The notes under the pieces are model-generated. The model did not search any database, was not told where the DNA came from, and was given only the letters and a program-made list of their open reading frames with translations. DNA of 64,000 bases, taken from the NCBI GenBank assembly GCA_964493145.1, contig CAZBMV010000002.1:14157-78156 (forward strand). Reading direction: 5' to 3'. Of the stretch, positions 49,196-59,639 are shown one piece after another; the stretch's first letter is position 1, and each line of letters starts with the position of its first letter. Source of the DNA: an uncultured Candidatus Saccharibacteria bacterium (GTDB lineage Bacteria; Patescibacteriota; Minisyncoccia; Phycocordibacterales; UBA918). The position numbers were made by a program, and so were the translations under genes.

Positions 49196-49759
49196 ATGGA
49201 ACTTGAGCAACGCATTGAGGCTGTTTTGTTTTACAAAACTGAACCCGTACGAAAAGACGAGCTGGAAAGGATTTTCGGCGTAACTCCCGACGTACTCAAC
49301 AGTGCTCTTGAATCGCTGCGAATTGCACTCGGCAACCGTGGTATTCGCCTCACCGCAACCGATACCACCGTACAACTCGTGACCGCACCGGAGGTGAGCG
49401 ACCTCATTGAACAGGTGCGGAAAGAGGAACTCCGAGGAGATATAGGCAAAGCGGGAGCCGAGACGCTCGCCATTATCCTGTACCGCGGACCACTCTCGCG
49501 CGTTGAGATAGATCGCGTTCGTGGCGTGAACTCAACATTCATACTCAGGAACCTCCTCATTCGCGGTCTCATTGAAAGACGCCCACACCCAACTGACGCG
49601 CGCTCATACACGTACGCCATTACGACAACACTTCTCAACCACCTCGGTGTTCAGTCACGAGAATCTCTCCCCGAGTGGAGCGATGTCATGAATGCACTTG
49701 ATGCATTTGAGCGTGAAAATGTTGAAGTAGACGAAACGACGCAACCGGAAACACCATAA
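49196..49759 (+). CDS. scpB: Segregation and condensation protein B
   Basis: Tandem winged helices (IEAVLFY…, GDIGKAGAETLAIILYRGPLSRVEIDRVRGV) typical of ScpB. Confidence 0.85.
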   Translation: MELEQRIEAVLFYKTEPVRKDELERIFGVTPDVLNSALESLRIALGNRGIRLTATDTTVQLVTAPEVSDLIEQVRKEELRGDIGKAGAETLAIILYRGPLSRVEIDRVRGVNSTFILRNLLIRGLIERRPHPTDARSYTYAITTTLLNHLGVQSRESLPEWSDVMNALDAFERENVEVDETTQPETP

Positions 49760-49763
49760 ACGT

Positions 49764-50807
49764 ATGCGCGACACTGAAATACACATGAATGAAGAGGGAG
49801 AGCGTGCTCTTGAAACCACGGATGACCGGTTGATGAATGGTGCCACCTCGCCCATACCGGTCATTCCGCAACTTTCAGTTGCGCTCCTACTCCTCGTGTT
49901 TGTATTCGGTGTCACGTACATCGGCGCAACGAGCGCGCTCACGACCGCACACGTTCCTGATGTGCGCGTTGAAACACTCCCCGCGGTACCCCAGCAAAAC
50001 ATACACACGAAGATGAGTGCCTTTGAGGATATTTCCATTGAAGCGCAGAGCGCATTTGTGTGGGACGTTGCAAAACAGCGAGTACTCTTTAATAAAAATG
50101 CTGACGAGAGCCACCCACTCGCCTCCATTACAAAACTCATGACTGCACTCGTTGCGTATGAACTGCTTGATCCGAATGAAACGGTTGCGATATCGGAACA
50201 TGCCATCAGGGAGGAGGGTGACAGCGGTTTCACAGATGGTGAGACATTCAGCATGCAGAATCTTGCCGACCTCACCCTCCTCACCTCATCTAATGACGGC
50301 GCGGTGGCACTGAGTGCGCAAGCGGGTGCGGTTCTCTACAGCGATGCACCGGAAGATGTGTTTGTTCACGCAATGAATGTGAAGGCGCGCGAACTCGGCC
50401 TTTCTAAAACACGTTTTTTCAACAGCACCGGACTTGATATTTCAGAACACGAGGCGGGCGCGTATGGGAGCGCACGTGATGTTGCGCTTCTCATGGAATA
50501 TGTCATCACGCACAGTGAAGATGCGGTCGCGCTCACAAAGATGGATGTTACGAAAATCACGAACGAGCGCGGAGAGTACCACACCGCGCAAAACACAAAC
50601 ACCGCAATCAATGAGTTGGAAGGACTCATTGCGTCCAAGACCGGCTACACCCTCCTCTCGGGAGGCAACCTCGTCGTCGCGGTGAACGTAGGACTCAATC
50701 GTCCAATCATTGTTGCGGTACTCGGTTCATCGTACGATGGACGCTTCGCGGATGTCGTGAACCTCGTTGAAGAAGCACGTCTTCGCATCATAGGTGAATC
50801 GGAATAA
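49764..50807 (+). CDS. D-alanyl-D-alanine carboxypeptidase (S11, PBP5-like)
   Basis: SITKLMTALVA (SxxK), FFNSTGL (SxN-like) and SKTGYT (KTG). Confidence 0.75.
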   Translation: MRDTEIHMNEEGERALETTDDRLMNGATSPIPVIPQLSVALLLLVFVFGVTYIGATSALTTAHVPDVRVETLPAVPQQNIHTKMSAFEDISIEAQSAFVWDVAKQRVLFNKNADESHPLASITKLMTALVAYELLDPNETVAISEHAIREEGDSGFTDGETFSMQNLADLTLLTSSNDGAVALSAQAGAVLYSDAPEDVFVHAMNVKARELGLSKTRFFNSTGLDISEHEAGAYGSARDVALLMEYVITHSEDAVALTKMDVTKITNERGEYHTAQNTNTAINELEGLIASKTGYTLLSGGNLVVAVNVGLNRPIIVAVLGSSYDGRFADVVNLVEEARLRIIGESE

Positions 50808-50815
50808 TCAATCAT

Positions 50816-51889
50816 ATGGAAACAACAATCATCAAAGTGCTCGCACCAACCGCCATTGCATTCGTCATCGGTATTCTCATTACACCGATTGTGACGCACT
50901 ACCTGTACAAACACGAAATGTGGAAAAAGAAGGCGGGGAAGGGTGCCGGGTACGGAGGGGGCGAGACTCCGCTCTTTGATGCACTCCACAAAAAGCGAGA
51001 TACGAACACGCCTCGAATGGGGGGTATCGTCATCTGGGCAAGCGTTCTCCTCACCGTCTGCCTCCTCTGGGTGTTTCAATTCATTTTCCCCGAGAGTGGC
51101 CTCGGATCACTTGACTACCTGAGCAGATCACAGACGTGGCTTCCGCTCTTCGCGCTCCTCGTCGGCGCACTCGTCGGCTTCGTTGACGACCTCCTCGTTG
51201 TCAGGGGAACGGGAATGCACTTCGCGGGCGGACTTCCTCTCTCACAGCGACTCCTCGTCGTGGGGATGACCGCACTCGTGAGCGGGTGGTGGTTTTATGA
51301 AAAACTTGAGGTGCAGACCGTCTCACTCATCGGGTACGGCCCCGTGGATCTCGGCATATTTTTCATCCCATTCTTTGTCATGGTTGCTATTGCGATTTAC
51401 GCGAGCAGTGTCATTGATGGCATAGACGGGCTCTCGGGGGGCACGTTCATGTTTATCTTCACCGCGTACGCGGGCATTGCGGTGTTCCAGAATCAGATTG
51501 ACCTTGCGGCGTACTGTGCAACACTCGTCGGCGGCATTCTCGCATTTTTGTGGTTTAATGTTCCTCCTGCGCGCTTTTACATGACCGAGACGGGCATCAT
51601 GGCACTCACCATGTCGCTCACCATTGTCGCATTCATGACCGACACCATTGGTGGCGGGGAGGGCGTCTCGATACTTCCCATCATCGGTAGCCTCCTCGTA
51701 CTCACCGTTGCCTCGGACGTACTCCAACTCCTCTCAAAGAAAATTCGCGGGAAAAAGATATTTCTCATCGCACCGCTCCACCATCACTTTGAGGCAATCG
51801 GATGGCCTGCAGAGAAGGTGACCATGCGCTATTGGATTTTTGGGTTCGTCTGCGCCGTCGTCGGCACACTTTTTGCCATCGCATTCTGA
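50816..51889 (+). CDS. mraY: Phospho-N-acetylmuramoyl-pentapeptide transferase
   Basis: About 10 TM, DDLLVV, and the SVIDGIDGLSGG (NxxDGxDGL-type) motif. Confidence 0.85.
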   Translation: METTIIKVLAPTAIAFVIGILITPIVTHYLYKHEMWKKKAGKGAGYGGGETPLFDALHKKRDTNTPRMGGIVIWASVLLTVCLLWVFQFIFPESGLGSLDYLSRSQTWLPLFALLVGALVGFVDDLLVVRGTGMHFAGGLPLSQRLLVVGMTALVSGWWFYEKLEVQTVSLIGYGPVDLGIFFIPFFVMVAIAIYASSVIDGIDGLSGGTFMFIFTAYAGIAVFQNQIDLAAYCATLVGGILAFLWFNVPPARFYMTETGIMALTMSLTIVAFMTDTIGGGEGVSILPIIGSLLVLTVASDVLQLLSKKIRGKKIFLIAPLHHHFEAIGWPAEKVTMRYWIFGFVCAVVGTLFAIAF

Positions 51890-51892
51890 AGT

Positions 51893-52996
51893 ATGCACCA
51901 TTCTGTTGACAGAACACTTCTCATACTCACCGCGCTTCTCGTCGTTGTCGGTTTTTTGATTTTTTCCTCTGCGTCACTCGGGCTCCTTGCACGCGAAGGT
52001 GCGCGATTTTCGTCTGTTGCGCTCAACCAGGTCATGTTCGGCATCATCGGCGGTGGCTTTGCGCTTTTTTTCGCATCGCTCCTCCACTACCGGTGGTGGC
52101 GACAGTATGCATTTTACATTTTCCTCTTCACCATGATACTCACGCTCGCGGTGTTCCTTCCCGTAATCGGTTTTTCACACGGGGGTGCGACACGCTGGAT
52201 TAAGATTGGCTCGCTCACGCTTCAGCCCGCCGAGCTTTTGAAAATCGGCTTTGTCATTTACGTTGCGACGTGGCTCTCCGGTGTGAAGCCGTACATACAC
52301 AGTTTCCTCAAGGGTACACTCCCGTTCATCGGAGGCATTGCACTCGTTGCCATTCCACTCCTCCTCCAGCCCGACACCGACACCTTCCTCATCATGGTCG
52401 CCGCGGCGCTCGCAATGTTTATTGCGGCAGGCGGGCGTGTGCGAGATGTCATCGTCATGGGACTCGTGGGCATACTCCTCATCACCGTACTCGCATTCAG
52501 CCGCGACTACATCATGGACAGAATTCAGACGTTCATCAATCCGAACCTTGACCCGCAGGGCTCAGGGTACCAAATCAAGCAATCCCTCATCGCCATCGGT
52601 TCAGGCGGTATAGCCGGGAGAGGTTTTGGTCAGAGTATACAGAAGTTTGAGTACCTGCCGGAACCAATCGGTGATTCCATCTTTGCGGTGTACGCTGAAG
52701 AATTCGGATTCGCGGGATCTACGGTACTCATACTCCTCTTTGTCGCGTTTGCGATGCGTGGGTACCGCATTGCAACGCACGCACCCGACCTCTTTGGCAT
52801 GCTTCTTGTTGTCGGCATCATCACCGTGATCTCTGCACAGGTGTTCCTCAACATCGCGGCAATGCTTGGACTCGCACCGCTCTCCGGTCTTCCGCTTCCT
52901 TTCATCAGTCATGGTGGCACCGCACTTCTCATGACGCTTGGTGCGGTGGGTATTGTTCTGAGCGTGTCTAAATACCAACGTCCTCGTGCACTGTAG
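51893..52996 (+). CDS. ftsW: SEDS-family peptidoglycan glycosyltransferase FtsW/RodA
   Basis: Polytopic membrane protein with C-terminal PFISHGGTALLMT. It sits between mraY and murG. Confidence 0.8.
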   Translation: MHHSVDRTLLILTALLVVVGFLIFSSASLGLLAREGARFSSVALNQVMFGIIGGGFALFFASLLHYRWWRQYAFYIFLFTMILTLAVFLPVIGFSHGGATRWIKIGSLTLQPAELLKIGFVIYVATWLSGVKPYIHSFLKGTLPFIGGIALVAIPLLLQPDTDTFLIMVAAALAMFIAAGGRVRDVIVMGLVGILLITVLAFSRDYIMDRIQTFINPNLDPQGSGYQIKQSLIAIGSGGIAGRGFGQSIQKFEYLPEPIGDSIFAVYAEEFGFAGSTVLILLFVAFAMRGYRIATHAPDLFGMLLVVGIITVISAQVFLNIAAMLGLAPLSGLPLPFISHGGTALLMTLGAVGIVLSVSKYQRPRAL

Positions 52997-53009
52997 CGTG
53001 ATATAATTT

Positions 53010-54155
53010 GTGAGCAACATGGAACGAAACAACAACGAGATCAGAGTAGCGCTCGTCGGTGGCGGAACGGGAGGTCACTTTTACCCGCTCATTGCACTCG
53101 CAGAGCGAATGAATGATGCTCCGGAAGCACCGCGCCTCTACTACATGGGACCTGAAATGTACGACACTGATGCGCTCGCCTCGGAGCGAATTGAGTACGT
53201 AAAAACGTGGGCGGGAAAACATAGACGCTACTTTTCACTACACAACTTTGTTGACCCGTTCAAGACATTCGCTGGTTCCGTCACCGCATTTTTTGAGTTA
53301 TTCGCCATATACCCCGACGTCGTCGTGAGCAAGGGTGGGTACACGAGTGTTCCCGTCATACTCGCCGCAGCTTTTTTGCGCATTCCTATCGTCATCCATG
53401 AATCAGATGCGGTCATGGGAAAAGCAAACAGACTCGCAGCACGCTTTGCACGCGCCATCGTCATTGCGTACGATTCTATCGTAATGCCAAAAACACGCGC
53501 ACAGGTGTATAAACTGGGCATTCCCATTAGGCGAGCACTCCTTAGTGAGCCCTCATCGGAAATGAAAGCGCAACTGGGCATTGTGAGTGACAGACCGGTT
53601 ATTTTCGTCGTCGGTGGTTCACAGGGTGCGGAACGGGTAAACGAACTCATCCTTGACTCGCTTGATGAACTCCTCAACGATTTCACCATTCTTCACCAAA
53701 CAGGGAAGAAGAACTACGAAATTTGCAAACTTTCTGCGGACAATCTCATCCCCGACGCCGACAGACGCCAGCACTACCACCCTGTTCCGTTTTTGGGAGC
53801 AGAAGAACTGAGCGGAGCATATCGCGAGGCGTCACTCATCATTTCGCGAGCGGGAAGCACATCCATATACGAAATAGCCCTCAACGGGAAGCCTTCAATT
53901 ATCATTCCGATTCCCGAGGGAATTAGTCATGATCAGCGTACGAATGCGTACACGTACGCACGGTCCGGAGCGGCGACCGTCATGGAGGAAATGAACCTTA
54001 CCGATGGCTTGCTTAGGGCTGAAATTGACCGTATTATGCAAAATGATGATATCTATGCGAGTATGGCAAACGCCGCTCGGTCATTCGGGCGACCGGATAC
54101 GGCGGAACACATGACAACCCTTATTTTAGATATTGCAAAAGAACACATTTACTGA
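53010..54155 (+). CDS. murG: Undecaprenyldiphospho-muramoylpentapeptide beta-N-acetylglucosaminyltransferase
   Basis: IRVALVGGGTGGHFYPLIALAE and the GT28 C-terminal domain. Confidence 0.9.
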   Translation: MSNMERNNNEIRVALVGGGTGGHFYPLIALAERMNDAPEAPRLYYMGPEMYDTDALASERIEYVKTWAGKHRRYFSLHNFVDPFKTFAGSVTAFFELFAIYPDVVVSKGGYTSVPVILAAAFLRIPIVIHESDAVMGKANRLAARFARAIVIAYDSIVMPKTRAQVYKLGIPIRRALLSEPSSEMKAQLGIVSDRPVIFVVGGSQGAERVNELILDSLDELLNDFTILHQTGKKNYEICKLSADNLIPDADRRQHYHPVPFLGAEELSGAYREASLIISRAGSTSIYEIALNGKPSIIIPIPEGISHDQRTNAYTYARSGAATVMEEMNLTDGLLRAEIDRIMQNDDIYASMANAARSFGRPDTAEHMTTLILDIAKEHIY

Positions 54156-54157
54156 TT

Positions 54158-55522
54158 ATGTCAATTTTTCATGAGCGGAAGGTAGTGGTCCGTATGGCAC
54201 CGAGTCCCACGGGGCACCTCCATATCGGAACGGTACGTACCGCACTCTTCAATTACCTTTTTGCGCGCCATAATAAAGGTGAGTTCATTCTACGCATTGA
54301 GGATACCGATAAAGAACGCAGCACAAAAGAGTTTGAAGAAGAAATTGTGAGCGGGCTTCAACGAATTGGTATCACCTGGGATGGCTTTTATCGGCAGTCA
54401 GAACGCGGAGCGATGTATAGAACGTACCTTGAGAAAATGGTTGCAAACGGCAGTGCGTACGTAAGCAAGGAGGAGAGCAAAATGCGACCCGGTGAGTTTG
54501 TTGAAGTTGTACGTCTTAAAAATCCAAATACGACCATTTCGTTTGCCGATGAAATACGTGGTGAAATTTCATTTGATACAACCGAACTTGGTGACTTCGT
54601 TATTGCACGCTCACTTGATGATGCGCTGTACCACTTTACCGTCGTTGTTGATGATCATGAAATGGGTGTGACGCACGTCATCCGTGGCGAGGACCACATA
54701 TCAAATACACCGAGACAAATTCTCATTCAGGAAGCTATTGGCGCACATCGTCCGACGTACGCACACCTCCCGCTCATACTCGCACCTGATCGCTCAAAAC
54801 TTTCAAAGCGCCATGGTGCGGTCATGATGAGCGAGTATGAATCACAGGGTTACCTCCATGAAGCGCTCATCAATTACCTCGCCCTCCTCGGATGGAACCC
54901 GGGAACCGATCAGGAACTCTTCACCCTTGACGAGCTTGTGAAGGTTTTTGATATTTCCGGTGTACAGAAAAGCGGTGCAATTTTCAACATTGATAAACTC
55001 AAGTGGTTTAATAAGGAGTACCTGGAGAAACGTGATGCGAATGCATTTCGCGAGTACGCACGTGCGTTCATTCCCGAGAGCGTCGCATCGCTCCCGCAGT
55101 ACAGCGATCTACGTATGGAAAAAATTTTCCCTCTCATCCGTGAGCGGAGCAGTATCGGATTGGATATCACCAATGATTTTGCATCAGGTGAGTACGATTT
55201 TGCGTTCATCGCGCCACATCCCGATGCGCACATGATTAAGTGGAAGAATGACGCAACGCCGAAGGATACCCTGTCACGGCTTCAGAAAATTGCGGAGATT
55301 ATTGCAACGATGCCCGAGGAACTCACCGCAGAAGTTGCGAAGGGGTACCTGTGGGATTACGCGTGTGAGGTGGGGAAGGGAGAAGTGCTCTGGCCCCTTC
55401 GCGTGTCACTTACCGGTAGGGAACGCTCACCCGACCCTTTCACGGTTATTGCAATCCTTGGCTCAGCTGAGTCCTATAAGAGGGTTATCACCGCATGTGA
55501 TACAATTTTAAGAGCATCGTAA
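54158..55522 (+). CDS. gltX: Glutamyl-tRNA synthetase
   Basis: VVRMAPSPTGHLHIGTVRTALFNYLFAR (HIGH) and KLSKR. Confidence 0.9.
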   Translation: MSIFHERKVVVRMAPSPTGHLHIGTVRTALFNYLFARHNKGEFILRIEDTDKERSTKEFEEEIVSGLQRIGITWDGFYRQSERGAMYRTYLEKMVANGSAYVSKEESKMRPGEFVEVVRLKNPNTTISFADEIRGEISFDTTELGDFVIARSLDDALYHFTVVVDDHEMGVTHVIRGEDHISNTPRQILIQEAIGAHRPTYAHLPLILAPDRSKLSKRHGAVMMSEYESQGYLHEALINYLALLGWNPGTDQELFTLDELVKVFDISGVQKSGAIFNIDKLKWFNKEYLEKRDANAFREYARAFIPESVASLPQYSDLRMEKIFPLIRERSSIGLDITNDFASGEYDFAFIAPHPDAHMIKWKNDATPKDTLSRLQKIAEIIATMPEELTAEVAKGYLWDYACEVGKGEVLWPLRVSLTGRERSPDPFTVIAILGSAESYKRVITACDTILRAS

Positions 55523-55550
55523 TTCTATTACGTATGCGATGCTTTTTTGT

Positions 55551-56873
55551 ATGAACTCACGCACATCTGCGTATCAATTTTTTATGTACGGCGTTACGGG
55601 CCTACTCATCATTTGCATGGTGTTTTCGGCGCACATAGGCATAACGTCCGCTGTCTCCGAGATAGATTCATTGAAGAACCAAATCAGCGACCGGAACAGT
55701 CGTTTGCAAGAAATTGAGAAGGAGATTGCGAACTATCAGTCCGAACTGCAGAAGGTGGGGAGTGAAAAAAACACACTCCAAAAAGCGATATCTCAACTTG
55801 AATTGGAACGAAAGAAGGTACAGGCGGATATTGCGTACACGCAAAATAAAATCGGTACGACCGATCTTGAAATAGATAAACTCACGATTGAAATCGGTGA
55901 AACTGAGAAGAGTATTTCACTCAACCGACAGGCAATTGAAGAAACGCTCCGAGCGCTTAGTGAAACCGACAACGACAGCATCGTTGAGGTTCTCCTCACG
56001 TACGACACTCTCTCTGATTTTTGGGGGACCATTGATGAACTTGAGCGCATACGGGACATCATGCGAAGCAAGGTCAACACGCTCGTGGAAGAAAAGACAC
56101 TCCTTGATTCACAGTACGCGACCCAAACACAGAAGCGTGAAGACCTTGTAGAACTGAAAGAGCAGTACTCCGACCAAAATTCCGTCCTCGTCAGCAACAA
56201 GGCGGAAAAATCAAAATTACTCGTCGCAACGAAGAACGAGGAGGCGGAGTATCAAAAACTGCTCGCACAGAAAAAAGCCGAGTATGAGATTGTTCTCAAG
56301 GAAATGCGTGAATTTGAATCACGACTTCAATTCATTCTTGATCCGAACACCGTTCCGCCAAAAGGAACGCCCGTCTTTAATTGGCCACTGGAAAAAATTA
56401 TCATTACGCAACTCTTTGGCGGAACTGAATTTGCAAAGCAAAATTCATCAGTGTATGGAGGACGTGCGTACCACCCCGGAGTGGACTTCGGTGCTCCACG
56501 AGGCACGAAAATACTCGCGCCGCTCTCGGGTACTGTTCGCGCAACCGGTGACACCGATGCGGTACCTGGATGCTACTCATGGGGAAAATGGACACTCATA
56601 GATCATGCGAATGGTCTCTCAACATTGTACGCACACCAGAGCGTCATAAGTGTCAGCCCCGGACAACAGGTAAAGACGGGGGAGGTTATAGGCTACACGG
56701 GGAATACGGGATACTCAACGGGTCCGCATCTCCACTTTACCGTTTACGCGAAGGCGGGAGTTTCCGTTCGCAAATTTAACGAAATAAAAGCGGTGACAAG
56801 CTGTGGTTCTGCAACGACTCCGGTAGCGGCGACCGATGCGTACATTGATCCTATGGTATACTTACCACAATAG
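55551..56873 (+). CDS. M23-family peptidoglycan metalloendopeptidase with a long coiled-coil N-terminal region
   Basis: C-terminal HPGVDFGAPRGTKILAPLSGTV…HLHFTVY LytM-domain motifs. N-terminal TM plus a coiled coil. Confidence 0.8.
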   Translation: MNSRTSAYQFFMYGVTGLLIICMVFSAHIGITSAVSEIDSLKNQISDRNSRLQEIEKEIANYQSELQKVGSEKNTLQKAISQLELERKKVQADIAYTQNKIGTTDLEIDKLTIEIGETEKSISLNRQAIEETLRALSETDNDSIVEVLLTYDTLSDFWGTIDELERIRDIMRSKVNTLVEEKTLLDSQYATQTQKREDLVELKEQYSDQNSVLVSNKAEKSKLLVATKNEEAEYQKLLAQKKAEYEIVLKEMREFESRLQFILDPNTVPPKGTPVFNWPLEKIIITQLFGGTEFAKQNSSVYGGRAYHPGVDFGAPRGTKILAPLSGTVRATGDTDAVPGCYSWGKWTLIDHANGLSTLYAHQSVISVSPGQQVKTGEVIGYTGNTGYSTGPHLHFTVYAKAGVSVRKFNEIKAVTSCGSATTPVAATDAYIDPMVYLPQ

Positions 56874-56919
56874 GTACATGCGTTTGTCAAATTTTTGTAG
56901 GGAAATGTGATTTCGCCTT

Positions 56920-57390
56920 ATGAGACGTCTTTTGCTTGCAGTCGCACTCATTATCCTCATTTATATATTTTTTGCGCGTGCGCAATCATCGCTCATGGTT
57001 TTTATTGATAACGCGTCGTCGGTATTTATGGGAACCGAAACATACATGACGCGTGAGGCTGTTGTTAATTTCTACAATTCACAAAAACGTACGAGTAATG
57101 ATACAACACTCACACCGGAGAGTGACATTGAGATTCGCTCCACGTACATCAACAATGACAGTACGAAGGATGTCATCGCGATTGCACGCGAGGATGCAAT
57201 GTGTGGTACCGGAGGGTGCCTTGCAGCACTCTTTGTACGTACAGACGGGAAGTTGGAGCCGGTTACATTTGAATATGCAGTTAAGGAAATTGAGAGTTTG
57301 CCCAATATAACGAACGGTATGCATGACATACGGATTAACGAGAAGACGATTGTGAGGTGGACGGGTGAGGGGTACGTAGCTGACTATTAA
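56920..57390 (+). CDS. Hypothetical secreted or membrane-anchored protein
   Basis: N-terminal hydrophobic segment. No motif recognised. Confidence 0.35.
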   Translation: MRRLLLAVALIILIYIFFARAQSSLMVFIDNASSVFMGTETYMTREAVVNFYNSQKRTSNDTTLTPESDIEIRSTYINNDSTKDVIAIAREDAMCGTGGCLAALFVRTDGKLEPVTFEYAVKEIESLPNITNGMHDIRINEKTIVRWTGEGYVADY

Positions 57391-57408
57391 AATAGTTCAA
57401 ACTAAAAA

Positions 57409-57601
57409 TGTGCGACGCAAATGCGGTCGCACAAGCAGGGTCGTAGAAGATGACATCCATACGACGATACGAACGTCATTGCCGTATGTGTCTTAAAAGA
57501 TTCTTCTACGACTCAATACAAACAGAGTCGCAGAAGAATGTCATCTTTTACAACACAAACGGCTTTGCCGTATGTGTCGTAAAAGATATATTGTGCGACG
57601 C
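57409..57601. repeat. Repeat-rich convergent intergenic segment with interleaved direct and inverted repeats
   Basis: TTGCCGTATGTGTC(T/G)TAAAAGA twice (57479 and 57565). TGTGCGACGC twice (57409 and 57591). Inverted repeat GTCGTAGAAGA / TCTTCTACGAC. Hairpin TGTGCGAC…GTCGCACA. Confidence 0.4.
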
Positions 57602-57707
57602 TTACCATACTTTAACACGGCTCATTCCCTATACACCTATGTGTAGGTGATCTATGCTAAGTAAAATTATTTACTCATTCTTTGAGTCTGTTTGCCTTTG
57701 TATATTT

Positions 57708-58490
57708 TCATGGCAGGTATGTCGGGTATTGGGAGCAGAGATTTCCCATGATTTTTTTATAGGTAGGGGACTCGGCACTCAAGTCCACCTCTACACTTCC
57801 CTCTCTCGTGAGCTGTCGTTCAATTTCGGGATGTCGCATGAGGTAGTCCTTGAGCTTATATGGAATGATTTCGTCCTGCGAGATGATAGTGTGTCGCGAA
57901 TGCGTGCGTCGCAAGCACTCTTTAATGAGCGTGTAGTGGGTGCACCCGAGGACGACCGTATCAACGAGGTGTGCTACTTCGCCAACAACCTGCAGTGCGT
58001 GCTCGCATGCGAGGTTGTGTTCTCCCGCCTCAATGAGCGGTACGAGTTTGGGGGTTGCCTTCGTATGGAGTGTGAGCGACACCTCACTTTTCTTCAGTTC
58101 AATCGCATACTTATCGGATTGTATGGTTCGCTCCGTCCCAATGAGGAGCACCGACGACGCGCCTGAATCAAGGAGCGTTTCAACGGTCGGGATGATGACC
58201 CCCAAGACCTTTCTCCCAGGGTACTCCACCGCAAGCATCTCGTCTTGGTACTTTCGCACAGACGAGACCGATGCCGTGTTGCACGCGACAATGACAAGGA
58301 GTGCTCCGCTATCAAAGAGTCTCTTGATGCCGGCGTACGTGAGCGCGTGTATTTCCTCTTCTGTCTTATCACCGTACGGGAGATTCGCGGTATCGCCGAA
58401 GTACAGGTAGTCGTACTCGGGAATGAGTTCGCGCACCGCAGAGAGTATGGTGATGCCGCCAAGCCCGGAATCAAAAAAGCCGATTTTCAT
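57708..58490 (-). CDS. murI: Glutamate racemase
   Basis: MKIGFFDSGLGGITIL…, …VIVACNTAS… and …LGCTHYTL… are canonical MurI. Confidence 0.9.
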   Translation of the reverse strand: MKIGFFDSGLGGITILSAVRELIPEYDYLYFGDTANLPYGDKTEEEIHALTYAGIKRLFDSGALLVIVACNTASVSSVRKYQDEMLAVEYPGRKVLGVIIPTVETLLDSGASSVLLIGTERTIQSDKYAIELKKSEVSLTLHTKATPKLVPLIEAGEHNLACEHALQVVGEVAHLVDTVVLGCTHYTLIKECLRRTHSRHTIISQDEIIPYKLKDYLMRHPEIERQLTREGSVEVDLSAESPTYKKIMGNLCSQYPTYLP

Positions 58491-58491
58491 A

Positions 58492-58725
58492 TCAGGTGTC
58501 TAACTGCGTAAACCGTTCCTTTTCCTCACCATTGACGACCACCTTCCCCTCAAAGTTGCTTCGCTCTCGTGCCCACACGGCACCGAAGCCCACATCGGGA
58601 GCATCGTACTCAGCCCTGTAGATAACGAGGAATTCACTCGGATTGGCTTCACTTCGCGCTATTGTGAGCACCGTGTACTCCCTTCCCTTGTAGTGTTTGT
58701 ATCGTTTGCCAATATGTGCCTCCAT
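58492..58725 (-). CDS. DUF1653-family small protein
   Basis: YKHYKGREYTVLTIARSE…VIYRAEYD pattern typical of DUF1653. Confidence 0.55.
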   Translation of the reverse strand: MEAHIGKRYKHYKGREYTVLTIARSEANPSEFLVIYRAEYDAPDVGFGAVWARERSNFEGKVVVNGEEKERFTQLDT

Positions 58726-58797
58726 GGTGCTATATACTTAGTATAGTGGCGAATGTGAAGTACGTCCGCCACGTTACTCGTTAAGTATAGAAAACAT

Positions 58798-59190
58798 ATG
58801 AATGATGCACAACGTGCATGTGTACGCACACACGGAATACTTGTTGGACGCATACTCATCGGCCTCCTATTCCTCGTATCCGGTCTCTCAATGATTTTTG
58901 GCGAATACGGAGTTGCGGGTGTTGCGGGGATGATTGAAAAAATTGGATTCCCTGTCGCAGGTCTCCTCGCGTGGATTGTTGTCCTCGTGAAAGTCCTGGG
59001 AGGTGCGGGGCTTATCCTCGGCTACAGGACGGAACAGTGTGCAATGGCACTCTTCGTCTTTACCCTCCTCACCGTTGTGTTTGTACACAACACTGTTGAC
59101 GACATGACACAGGCGATGAAGAACCTCTCCATCATGGGTGGTCTTCTCTACGTTGTGGCGTATGGTACCGGTGATTCGTGGAAACTGTGA
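58798..59190 (+). CDS. DoxX-family membrane protein
   Basis: Four TM helices and the DoxX-like N-terminal pattern (GRILIGLLFLVSGLSMI). Confidence 0.7.
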   Translation: MNDAQRACVRTHGILVGRILIGLLFLVSGLSMIFGEYGVAGVAGMIEKIGFPVAGLLAWIVVLVKVLGGAGLILGYRTEQCAMALFVFTLLTVVFVHNTVDDMTQAMKNLSIMGGLLYVVAYGTGDSWKL

Positions 59191-59215
59191 TCGTAACGTC
59201 TTGTCGTTAGGTAAC

Positions 59216-59246
59216 AAAAAACTCCCCTCCGGGGAGTTTTTTGTTA
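59216..59246. terminator. Bidirectional rho-independent terminator
   Basis: AAAAAACTCCCC-TCC-GGGGAGTTTTTT perfect hairpin between convergent genes. Confidence 0.7.
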
Positions 59247-59639
59247 CTAACGCATTGCAATGGTATGTGACCAACAAGGTGACGAAGCATTCCATGGTTT
59301 CGTACCCTGTCGTAGGTAGAGATCACGAGCATACGCCATATTGTCGTACATATCGGTGAGGTCAAGTCCGAGCTCCTCTGCCTTCGCACTGTGGTAACGC
59401 ATGTTTATCTGCATCACACCGGTGTCGGCCGGATCTACTCTCCCCCGAAGAACGGTACCGTCAGCGAGCGTATGTCTAAAGTGAGATTCACAACGCGCGA
59501 TTTGAATCATGACAGGTATGTCACTGAAGTAGGAACGCACCGCAAGTTCAGTGTCTGTTCCCGTCAGCCCTTCCTCAGTGACTTGGTCTTCCTTTGTTGC
59601 AATGTGCCCATAGGCAGTGTCCGTAACCGGCACTACCAC
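59247..59639 (-). CDS. Small lytic-transglycosylase-like (SLT/lysozyme-like) protein
   Basis: IARCES…GVMQIN resembles the SLT catalytic E-S…G(L/V)MQ motif. GTG start. The upstream in-frame hydrophobic stretch lacks a start codon. Confidence 0.45.
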   Translation of the reverse strand: MVVPVTDTAYGHIATKEDQVTEEGLTGTDTELAVRSYFSDIPVMIQIARCESHFRHTLADGTVLRGRVDPADTGVMQINMRYHSAKAEELGLDLTDMYDNMAYARDLYLRQGTKPWNASSPCWSHTIAMR

